In this document: piece by piece, positions 1 through 11,400 of the stretch | How positions within the stretch are numbered: the stretch's first letter is position 1 | Layout: every line of letters begins with the position of its first letter | Made by a program: the position numbers and the translations under genes | Notes under the pieces: generated by a model | Seen by the model: the letters and a program-made list of their open reading frames with translations, nothing else | Databases searched by the model: none | What the model was told of the DNA's origin: nothing | From: Isurus oxyrinchus | Lineage: Eukaryota | Reading direction: 5' to 3' | Assembly (NCBI GenBank): GCA_026770705.1 | Contig: JANJGN010000071.1 | Location: 620,001-684,000, forward strand | Length of the DNA stretch: 64,000 nucleotides

Positions 1-399
1 TTAGAGTGGGACTAATTGGACAGATCTTTCAAAAGCCCAGCACAGGCTCGATGGGCCAAATGGCTTCCTTTTCTTCTGGATCATTCTACAATCTGATAAA
101 TTAAGACCCACATCAATAACTCTTAAGGCTCCAGCTGCAGGGATGGATCTTTGAGAAGGACAGGGAACAAGAGGTTTCTGGTATCATTTTCAATTTTATT
201 GACAATTACATAACAGTATAGATTTGTTGAATATTTGAGTCTCTAAAGCGTAGAGGTAATCTGCAATTAGGTCCAGATCTTGTGGTAGTAACCTTGTCTG
301 GAGGTGTCTTTAAATGCTCACAGTGATCTGTGGGATTGTCATTCTTGGATGTTCTCCCTGGTTCCAATTGGCATTTTGCCCTTGATGCAATTGGGGAGG

Positions 400-3190
400 C
401 TTTAAACTAACATGGCAGGGGATGGGATCCAGAGAGGAGGTTCAGCAGAGGGAGATGCACAGCCAAAATTAGAAGAGAGAGCAAGTGAACCTGGAAGGCA
501 GAGAAATTATTGGCCAGTTAAGGCACAAGATAGCGCGGCAAAGTTGGATTGTATTTATTTTAATGCAAGGAGTCTGACGAATAAAGCAGATGAGTTGAGG
601 GCACAAATAACACATGGATGTATGATGTCATTGCTGTCACAGAGACATGGTTGAGAGAGGGGCAGGATTGGCAGCTCAATATTACAGGATACAGGGTCTT
701 CTGGCAAGACAGGGAAGGAGGTAAAAGAGGAGGGGGTATTGCAAGATTGATCAAGGAATCAGTTATTGCAGTGAGGAGGGAAGACATCTTAGGGGGCTCC
801 TCAAATGAAGCCATATGGGTAGAACCTAAAAACAAATAAGGAGCAATCAGCTTGCTGGGAGTGTTCTACAGGCCCAATGACACTCAGAGAAATAGAAGTG
901 CAGATACAAAGGCAAAATTCAGAGAAGTATAAAAATAATCGGGTTGTAATGGTGGGGCTTTTCACCTTCCCCAACAATAACTGGGTTAGTCATAGTGTGA
1001 TAGTTTTAGAGGGGGCAGAATTGTTAAAATGCATCCAGGAGAGATTTTTAAGCCAGTACATAGAAAATCCTACAAGAGAGGGGTCGGTCCTGGAGTAAAT
1101 TTTAAGGAATGTAACCAGGCAAGTTGTAGACGTATCAGTGGGGGAGCATTGTGCAGATAGTGATCATCATTCCATTAGATTCTAGGTTGTTATGGAAAAG
1201 AACAAGGATGGGCCAGAAATCTGATTTCTCAATTGGGGGAAGGCTGATTTTAATAAGATCAAATATGATTTGGCCAGTGTGGAACTGGGAGCAGCTACCT
1301 TTAGGGAAATCTGCGTCAGAGCAATGGGACTCATTCAGGAAGGAAGTGGGGAGAGTACAGGGCCAACATATTCCAGTAAAGGCAAAGGGTGGGACCAACA
1401 AATCCAGGGAATCCTGGATGTCGAGAGATTTACAGGATTGGATAAAGAGAAAAAGGGAGGCTTATGGCAGATACCGAGGGCTCAAAACAGTGGAAGCCTT
1501 AGAAGAGTATAGAATGTGTAGGGGGACCTTAAAAAGAAAATTAGTAGAGCAAAAAGGGGCCATGAAGAAACATTAGCAGGAAAAATGAAGGAAAATCCAA
1601 AGTTATTTTACAAGTACATTAAGAGTAAGAGGCTAACTAGGGAAAGAGTAAGGCCCATTAAGGACCATATTGGTAGTTTGTGTGTGGAACCGGAAGATGT
1701 AGGTAGGGTTCTAAATGAACACTTTGTGTCAGTGTTCACAAGTGAGAGGGGCAATGTGGGTTTGGAAATCAGGCAGAAGGACTGTGATATAGTTAAAGAA
1801 ATTAGAATAGAAAGGGAGGAGGTTCTAAGTGGTCTGGCAGTCTCAAACGTAGATATATCTGCAGGCCCGGATGAAATGTATCTCAGGCTGTTGAGTGAGG
1901 CAAAGGAGGAGATAGCAGGGGTGCTGGCAATAATTTTCAATACATCTCTGGCCAGAGGAGAGGTACCAGAGGACTGGAGGACAGCCAATGTGGTAGCGTT
2001 ATTCAAGAAGGGAGGAAGGGATAAACCAGGGAACAACAGGTCAGTCAGTCTAACCTCAGTGGTGGGGAAACTATTGAAAGCAATTCTGAGGGACAGAATT
2101 AATCTACACTTGGAGAGGCAGGGATTAATCAAGGACAGTCAGCATGGTTTTGTTAAAGGGAGGTCATGTCTGACCAGTTTGATTGAATTTTTTGAAGAGG
2201 TGACCAATTGTGTAGATGAGGGCAATGAATTTGACATAGTCAACTTGGACATCAGCAAGGCTTTTGATAAGGTCCAGCATGGGAGACTGTAAACGAAAGT
2301 AAGAGCACATGGGATCCAAGGGAATTTGGCAAATTGGATCCAGAATTGGCTGAGTGCCAGGAAGTAGAGGGTGATGGTCGACGGGTGTTTTTGTGACTGG
2401 ATGTCTGTGTCCAGTGGGGTTCCACAGGGATCGGTGTTGGGTCCCTTGCTGTTTGTGGTATATATAAACGGTCTAAACTTGAATGTAGGAAGGTTGATCA
2501 GTGACTTCGCGGATGATATGGAAATTGATGGGGTGGTAAATAATGAAGAGGATAGCCTTAGATTACAGGGGGATATAGACGGGCTGGTCAGATGGGCTGA
2601 TCAGTGCCAAATGGAATTTAACCTGGATAAGTGTGAGGTGATGCACTTGGGCAGGATAAACAAGGCACAGGAATAGACAATGAATGGTAGGACCCTGGAA
2701 AGTAACAAGGATCAGAGGGACCTTGGTGTGCATGTCCACCGTTCCCTTAAAGTAGTGGGACAGGTGGATAAGGTGGTTAAGAAGGCATATGGAATACTTG
2801 CCTTTATTAGCCGAGAGATAGAATATAAGAGCAGGGAGGTTATGCTGGAACTGTATAGAACACTGGTTAGGCCACAGCTAGAATATTGCGTGCAGTTCTG
2901 GAACCCACATTATAGGAAGAATGTGATTGCCCTAGAGAGGGTGCAGAGGAGATTTACCAGGATGTTGCATAGATTGAATCTGGAACTCACTGCCTGAAAG
3001 GGTGGGAGAGGCAGAAACCCTCATAACATTTAAGAAGTATTTGGATGTGCACTTGTGATGCCATCGCATACAAGGCTTTGGGCCCAGTGCATTAATGGGA
3101 TTAGAATAATTAGGTACTTGTTTGACCGACGCAGATTCGATGGGCCAAAGGGCCTTTTACTGTGCTGTGGACCCCTGTGAATCTATGACT
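400..3190 (+). mobile_element. Degenerate CR1-type LINE (ORF2: AP endonuclease + reverse transcriptase, 3' UTR)
   Basis: Successive frameshifted ORFs: YFNARSL, DVIAVTETWL (endonuclease); KENPKLFYKY, VPEDWRTANVVALFKKG, QHGFVKGRSCLT, DISKAFDKV, SGVPQGSVLGPLLF, FADD, LVRPQLEYCVQFW (RT/C-terminus). Many stops. Confidence 0.95.
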
Positions 3191-3194
3191 CTAT

Positions 3195-3343
3195 GGGCTG
3201 AATTTCCTGCCTGTCGGGCGGGTGGGCCTGAATATTTAAATGGAGCAGGATGATGTCAGGGTTTCCTCCTGATGTCATCCCGCATCATCATAGTGTCGCT
3301 GAGCAGGCCCTGCCCCCTGCTCGCCAACGGGAAAATTCAGCCC
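3195..3343. mobile_element. MITE with terminal inverted repeats (possibly PIF/Harbinger-like)
   Basis: Begins GGGCTGAATTT and ends AAATTCAGCCC, with further internal inverted similarity; flanked by TAT/GAT (possible 3-bp TSD). Confidence 0.6.
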
Positions 3344-3719
3344 GATGACTCCATGCAACAGGACTGTACGGTGATTGAGGAGCGGGAATGGATCTGATTT
3401 CTCCTTGGTTAGGCCTCACCGCTGATCCTTTGTGTGTAATAACTCCATAGGACCCTGGTCCTGAACAGAAACCTTGGAGATGAAGTCCCGTCCTTTCACT
3501 GAGGATACCCTCCATTGTGTTGTGTGGCACTACCACCATGCTGGATGAGCAGGTTATTGTTGAGTCAATGCCTCTTAATGTCGATTACACCTTTGTCACT
3601 TTGCTTATGATGAAGAGTAAATTAATAAGGTGGTGATTGGCCAGGTTGGAATTGTCCCGCTGGATTGGACATATCCCTGGGCAGTTTTTCACATTGCAGG
3701 TTCAGCAGGCCCTCCCTTC

Positions 3720-6140
3720 GATGCGCTGTAAAGGACATTGTCCAAGAGCAGGCACAGTGGAGTGCTGAGAGTCACAGTCAAAATGTTGTAGGTGATCTCA
3801 AATCCTTGTAAGCACTCGGCCAGCCAACAGCCTGAGATGGACACACATGTGGACAGTACTGACACCTGCCAATGGGCCCCTCATTTTCTTACCTTGACAG
3901 GCTGTCACCACTATTTCCCACTGCCAAGTTGTCGAAGAATATCGGATCACAAAGATTCCAGTATGATGCCCTGCCTGTCTTTAGAAATGACTCCCCGGGA
4001 GATGCCTTGCTCATCCCAATAAGATCAAGTTGAATCAGGAGATCCTTCAATGATGCTTCCTCAGTTTCTGTAGCGTAGAAGCTTTCACCGTTCCCTCTTG
4101 CAGCTGCTGGCATTTGTGTTGTGCTAAATGGACTAGATCAATTGACAGACTTGCATTGTCCAGCAGGTGTAATGTTGGAGCTCCTTTGAAACTGCCAATA
4201 TTGTTGAAACTTTCTGCATATTTCAATGTTATGTCATGAATTGAGGTGATGGGGTAGTATGTGAAACTGGGACAAACATAAATCCATTGGCTTTTGGCCA
4301 GACTGGATAATCCTGGCAGTGGGTGGGGCCAGAAAATCCCACCCCTATGGGACATTTTCAGTTTATTTGATGTGCTGAGAGAGATCATTAAGGACAACAA
4401 TCCACAATTTATTGGCAAGCCACGTCAGGATATGTGTGAGAGGTGGAATATCGATCACCGCTCCTCGTCTCACCGTGCACATCATCGCCATTTCCTGGTT
4501 TGTCAGTCACCACATGTATATGTTCCTGATGGGATAGTGGATGGTCATTCTTATTGCTTGAAGGTTCCCAGTTGTGTAGGGTCTGTTTGGATCAGCGCAC
4601 GGCTCTTTGTAGCTGCATCAGCCTTTGCTCTAGTGCCATGCCGCTGTCAATGGCCCTTTCTGCCACAAGCCTTGCAGGATTGGTGGAAAGCTGAGCATTT
4701 CCTTGGTGCCTGCAGAAGGCCACACCTTCCACACGTCTCACTAGGTTTGTATGTTCTAGTGAGTGTGTCAACAATTGATGTTGTACTGAGGACCTGTAAG
4801 CTTCGTTGACCTGCGAGGATTACTTCGTATTTATGTCCATCCTTGAGTAGCTCTTCAATGCTATAGGTTTTGGACTTATCTAGCAGATCTTTCTGGAAGG
4901 CTTCCATGGGAGTGGATGCGATCACCAACTCAACAACTCTGTCTGCAGGCTCTGTGTTTGAAATCACAGTGCGTACCCTTTTCTCTACATCGGCTGATGA
5001 AGTGGTCTATGGATTGTGTAGGCTGATGAAATGACATAAACTCTAGTTGATGAATATGGAGTTTCACCTGATTCTGAACCTGTCTTCCAAAGTCGTCCAT
5101 ATCTATTGGGGATCCTTTCACTCTTCTGATGTTAATCCTGACGTGTTCAGCCTGTGTAGACCTTCATTCCCAATCACGAGGTGAATTTTTATGGGTGGCT
5201 CGTCTGGTTCAGTCACACCTGAATCAGGAAACCAGAGCTCTGTACGCTGTTTAAACATTCTGAATTCAGATAGTCGGTCAGCTACATCCCAGTTCAAACT
5301 GGGGAATTTCGTGGACATTCTGACAATATTCCTTTGACCTGCCTTCTCCTACAGGACCTGGGATGAGTGTCGCTTTAGCCCCTTTTGTGCGCTTTTCCGA
5401 AGCTCCGCCCACGAAGACGGGTTGTGGCAGGAACACACCACGGAGTAATGGAGTCTTTGTTTTTTATTCAATTTGCTGTTCAGCAATCTCGAAGCCGCCC
5501 GTTATAATCACTAACTTCTCTGGGCTGATTTTTATAATGGTTTTTGTGTGTTTGACTCTCCCTCGCTCACTATCGATCCAGCCCACACCCTGGTCACTCG
5601 CCTTCCCTGACTGAGCTAACCCGCTGCTGGTCCTGGCGATACACACTGTCCCACTCACTGACCTACAGGCCGTGTGCTGTAATCTCACCACGAGGGATCC
5701 GTCTGCTCCCCAGCTCTTTACTTGAGCTCTTTCCCGTCACTGTGTCTTCAAAGGTTTCCTGAGCAGTCAGTACACTGCGATTTCAACCCTCTCTGATGCT
5801 GTGTCTCTGTTGTGGTCTGACCAAAGTGTCGAGGGTCGTCTCATGTCATGTAGCTCGATCTCAGGCTGTTCACCACGTCATACCTGTACTGAATCTTGCT
5901 GCCAGAATGTTTGGCCACCGCTGATCACCATGTTGTGTTTTTATAATGATATAAAGGCACCAGCCACTGATACGGAATTGGGTAAATACATTGTGGGTTC
6001 AGTTATTTAGAACAGGAACATGAGAACAGATATACAAGGATAGAAAGCTGGGAGACACCTGCAGCCAAACTGTGTGAGCTGTGTTCTGCTCACAGACCAA
6101 AGTGAAACTTGGACTGGATGGTGTTATCATCCCAGCTGAT
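3720..6140 (-). mobile_element. Degenerate Gypsy-like LTR retrotransposon (LTR end, PBS, gag remnant)
   Basis: Minus-strand gag fragments (FPSLNWD..EFRMFKQRTELWF; QSIDHFISRCREKG; Zn knuckles CGRCG..H/CKACGRKGH). LTR ends ...CACAACA at 5931, followed by PBS-like TGGTGATCAGCGGTGG (5930-5915). Confidence 0.75.
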
Positions 6141-7436
6141 GTTACTACTGGGCAAGTCAGATCCCAGGGTGGAACTCAGCTTGATAGGTCCTAACTTTTA
6201 TTTTTTATTTAGGAATGTGGAGTGAGGCTACTGAACAGAGTCACAGGAGTCATCTGATGAACTTCTAACAAAAGAATAAAACATTTATTAAACTAGGAAA
6301 GACAAATTATCTTACATTACTCCTTCACTCAGACCTATACCTTCGCAGATTCATAAGTAGAACACAAGTTACAATAGCTATCTTATACTCTCATGTTCAC
6401 ACTAAGTACACAGTCGATGTAAACCAATAGACGACCTGGGGTCAGGGACAACACATTCTTAAAGAAACTGACAGAACCCACTTGGAACAAATGCTATGTC
6501 TCCCTCCTCATCTGACCCCAGACGCTTGTTACACTGTGAGCCAACCAGTCTCACTGAAAAGCTTCTTTCATATGAGGGTTTCCAATCTCCACTCTCCAAG
6601 AACTCACTTTGGAATCTTCTCCAACATGACACTTTCACTCAGACACCTTCCACAAGGGTCCACTTTCACTATTTCAAACTCTCCTTCCCATGTTCCTGTC
6701 CCCTGGATCGCCACGTGCATTCAGCCTTCCTTCCACGCCCTGTCTCTCCAATGCTCAGCCGTGTCAATGGAACACCATGGCTTCACATGGCCGTAGTAAT
6801 GAGTCACCAACCTGTGGTGTCTCCTAGGATCTTCTGGCTTCTCACAAGCCTATTTTGCTTTAGGCCTGTGTCCTGCTGCTTTCTCCCTTTATGCTTGAAG
6901 CCTTCTTCTGCTCCTCACTCTTAACTTCACTTAACAGGGCCTTTTCCAGATTTGACTAGAAGGTTTTCTTGGGCCCTTTCTCCTGTTCCACTCGATAGTT
7001 TTGGCTTCATCTTTACTTTGGGACTGACTATCTGTCCCGCTCCTTTGCTGCTTCTCCTGGCAACTCCTTTCAACAGAACTGAAAGTACTTTTCTGTTTTT
7101 CTCAGTCTCTGTGTGTCCCTCCCTCTGGATCACTGTTGCTAGGCAACAGCACAGTTTCTTCTAACTTGTGTTTGTTTTGACTTCCCTTCAAGAGTTATAA
7201 AAACTCATTAGATAGGCGGCTTCTTCCAAAGTGAAACCAAAACTCAAGTTCCCCCTTTTCAAAACACCCAAATACAGAAATACAAACTAAACTTGAACTG
7301 AAAGATAGACCTTATGCCTAATGCACACAAATACACAGAGAACTTCCTTAAGCCAACCCCAGTTCTGAAAAATCACATGACGCACTTCCCCTCGAGTGAT
7401 GTCATGCTGCTGTCCCTGAAAGGCATATTACAACAG

Positions 7437-7845
7437 TGTTATCACTTGGCAGGTGATGTGACCCAGGCAGACCAAGTCCCTGAGAGAAAGGTGGTCACAC
7501 GATCATAATGAATTTGCAATTTGTATTTATTATGAGATGTGTGCACTGAATTCAGAAGCAATAAGTCCACCAAGATCTTTAGAGATTTAAAAAAATAAAT
7601 TAAAATATTTGTCACAAAAATAAAAGATTTCAAGCACATACATAAGACTACAATGACAGCTATAATAACTCCAAAAATTCCTAATTAACCTGACTCCCAG
7701 TTACACTCCCTTTAAGGCAACAGACCAAAAATAGATTTTAGATTTAAAACAAACCCAGCAAGTTAACACAATGCCCTGGACAATGGAATTCCAAATGGAT
7801 TTTCCCCAACTTCAGTTCTGTTGGATAGCAGGCTTGTGCACAAAC
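7437..7845. mobile_element. Partial solo-LTR-like element, same family as 39022-39917
   Basis: Same-orientation similarity to 39030-39440 (TTTGCAATTTGTATTTATTA...GTGCACTGAATTCAG; CCTAATTAACCTGACTCCCAGTTACA). Confidence 0.65.
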
Positions 7846-8060
7846 AGGGTCCTGAGGACCATCAGCCAATGTAGAATGAACTTGTCCACTCCTGTTTCCA
7901 GGATTCTCTCCCATCCATTGTGATACCTTGGGGAGTTCCATGTGTGTCCTGTAGATGGTCCACACTGCAGCCACTGTGCCCCAGTGATGGAGGGGGTGGA
8001 TATCGAGTCTAGTGGATCGTCAAAACACACAGAGTTAAATATTGATATTTCTCTCCCCAG

Positions 8061-8438
8061 TTGGACTGTCACAAGAGTGGAAAGGCAACACTCCACGAGA
8101 GGTGACAGCGCAGGAAGGTTCGTGTGTACAGATTCCATGTCATTACAGTTACTCATCACATTTGGTAAAGAAAACACATGTCGGAATCTGGTATATGAGG
8201 AGGTACATACAGAACAAATGGTCTAAATGGTCTATAGCCTTTCACGCCAAGCATCACAATCGCGAGTTACCACGGTTCCACCATCGGACCCGGCTGTCTG
8301 GAGACGTGAAAGATGGCAACTGTTCCCTGATTATAAACAACATCAGACAGGAAGATGCAGGACCTTATTTTTTCAGAATAGAATTTGACATTGCTCCGAG
8401 CCATAACTATTACCCTGAAACCCAGCTTCACGTTTCTG
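8061..8438 (+). CDS. Gene A V-set Ig exon V1 (GC donor)
   Basis: Acceptor ctctccccag|TTGGA; open 378-nt frame VGLSQEWKGNTPREVTAQEGSCVQIPC...YFFRIEF...QLHVS; donor reads GCAAGT rather than GTAAGT. Confidence 0.85.
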
Positions 8439-11400
8439 GCAAGTTCTGTGTTATAATTACTCACCAATTCACATCCAACACTCAATGGGAAATAATAGTG
8501 TTTGATTTGCTTGTTTTTTGGCCGTGTTAACCAGCGTCACTATTTTTAATGATTTGTCTATTTCTGCTCCCAGATCCATGAGCTTATTGTGTGTGATTGA
8601 ATCCACATCATAGCTGTAACGTAAACCGAGCTGAGGGGTGATGACACCTCCCCCCTGAGTGAAGTATCTCCTCCCCACTACACCTTCCACCCCTCACACT
8701 GTCCGTGTAAACCCCCGTCCCATCTCCAGCCTCTCTTTCCTCTCCAAAGTCCTTGAACGTGATTCCATCTCCCGAATCCATTCCCATCTTTCCCGGATCT
8801 CCATGTTTGAATCCCTCCAATCAGGTTCCCACCCCAGCCACTGTGCTGAAACAGCTCTTATCAAGGTCACAAATGGCATCCTGTGTGACTGTGACAAAGG
8901 TCAACTTTCCCTCCTCGTCCTTCTCGATCTGTCTGCAGCCTTTGACACGCTCGACCACACCATCCTCCTCCAACACCTCTCCACTGTCGTCCAGCTGGGT
9001 GGGACTGCTCTTCCCTGGCTCCATTCTTATCCATCTCATCGTAGCCAGAGAATCACTTGCAATGGCTTTGCAGCATCATCTGAACAGTGTTAGTTTTCAC
9101 CTGTCCACTGAGGATCCCCAGCTCTACCTCACCACCACCTCTCTCGACTCCTCCACTGCTGCTAAATTATCAGGCTGCTTATCCGACATCCAGTACTGGA
9201 TGGGCAGAAATTTCCTCCAATTAAATATTGGAAAGACTGAAGCCATTGTCTTCATTCCCCGCTCCAAACTCTGTTCCCTCGCTACCAACTCCATTCCTCT
9301 CCCTGACAGCTCTCTGAGATTGAAGCCAATCTGTTCCCAGCTTTGTTGTCCCATTTGATCCTGAGCTGAGCTTCCGGCCTCATATCTGTGCCCTCACTAA
9401 CACCGTCTATTTCCACCTCCGGAACATCGCAAGACTTCACCCTGTCTCAGCTCATCTGCTGCTGAAACCCTCATCCACGCCTTCATTAACTCCAGTCTTG
9501 ACTGTTCCAACACACGCTCCACACTCCATCAACTTGAGGCTATCCAGAACTGCTGACCACGTCCTTACTCACACCAAGTCCCATTCCCTTATCACCCGCT
9601 CTGCTCGATGACCGAGACTGGCTCCTGGTCAAGCAAAGTCTCATTGTCCAAATTTTCATCTTTGTTTCCTCACTATCCCTGTAATCTCCTCGTCCTCCTC
9701 CAGTACCTACAACCCTCCCTATCTCTGTAACCTCCTCCAGCCCCTACAACACTCCCAATCTCTGTAACCTCTTGAAGTATGTACTGCTTCCCTATATCTG
9801 TAAATTCATCCTGCCCAACAAACCTACCAATCTCTGCAACCTCCTCCAGCCACTACAAACCTCCCTATTTCTGTAACTTCCTCCTGCCCCTAAAAGCTTC
9901 CCTATCTCTGTAGCCTGCTCCAGTCCTGACAACTTTCCCTGCCCCTGTAACCTGCCCCAGTCACTACAACCCTCCCGACCTCTGCAAACTCCTCCAGACC
10001 CTACACTCTCCCAATCTCTCTTAACTTTTCCAGCCCCTACAAACCTCCCTATTTCTGTAACTTCCTCCTGCCCCTAAAAGCTTCCCTATCTCTGTAGCCT
10101 GCTCCAGTCCCGACGACGTTCCCTACCTCTGCAACCTGCCCCAGTCACTACAACCTTCCTTCTCTCTGTAACCTCCTCCAGCCCCTCCAACCCTCTGAGG
10201 TCTCTGTGCTCATCCAATTCCAGCCTCTTGACCATCCCCCGATCCCATCACTGCAATATCGGCGGCCGTGCCTTCAGCTTCCTGGGGCCCGAGCTCTGTA
10301 ATACCCTCCCTCAACCCCTCTCCGTGCCTCTCTCTCACTCTCTCTATCTGTCTCTCTCTCTATTTCTATCTCTCTCTCTCTCTCACTATCCATTTCATCC
10401 CTCTTTGAAGATTCTCCATAACACCGATCCCTTCTGGTCAGCTGTCGCTAATATCTCCACATGTGTCTGGGTGACATACTTTGTTTTATGACGCTCCTGT
10501 GTAGCACCTTGCGGTGATTTGTCATGTTAAAGTTGTTGTGTAAATATAAGTTGTTGCCCTTTGACCCGCGACCCCAGCTTGAGTCTTATTTTTGAGGGAA
10601 TGTACAACCTGCTTAGATTTCTGACCAAAATGTCATTTGATTATTTTCATTGAGCGAATGCCAAGCCCCGATACCGAGCGAGAGCCTCCTCATTTGCTGA
10701 GTTTAGGGTGATGAGTCAGCCCCTTAGTCCGTAGACGGGATTCTCCTTGGTAATGTGCAGCCTTGTTTGTGTCTCCCCACAAGCGCATGAGGGGTTTGTA
10801 CAGAGGCTGCAGCGCTGGAGGGGGTCTGCACAGGGGTCCTGGCCAGTCCTGAGCTGGTTTTAGCAAGGACCACTCTGGCCTTGGCAGCTGAAAGCCAGCC
10901 ATTGGACAGACGGGGCCTGTCACAAGGAGCCTGTTAGTCACTCCCCACCGTGTCTCCAGTGCTCGGATCCAGACCATGTTGGCTGGTGGATCTGGCTCAG
11001 GAAGGGTCCTCCCCATGGGTCCCCCAGATGGAAGGTGGGTCGAGCGGGTCAGTCACTTGCATGTTTATTCTGCAGCTTTAATATTTTAAGATGGTAAGAA
11101 TGTAGGATCATAAGAAATAGGAACAGGAGCAGGCCATTCGGCCCCTCGAGCCTGCTCTCACTGATCTGGTTGTGGCCTTAACTCCATTTTCCTGCCTGTC
11201 CCCCAAACCCTTGACTCCCTTGTCGATCAAAAACCTGCCTCACTCAGCCTTGAGTCTATTCAATGGCCCAGCCTCCACTGCTCTCTGGGGAAGAGAATTC
11301 CACAGGCTAGCGCCCCTCTGAGAGAGGAAATTCCTCCTCATCTCAGTCTTAAATGGGAGAGCCCTCATTTCGAAACTGTGCTCCCTGGTTCTAGATTCCC

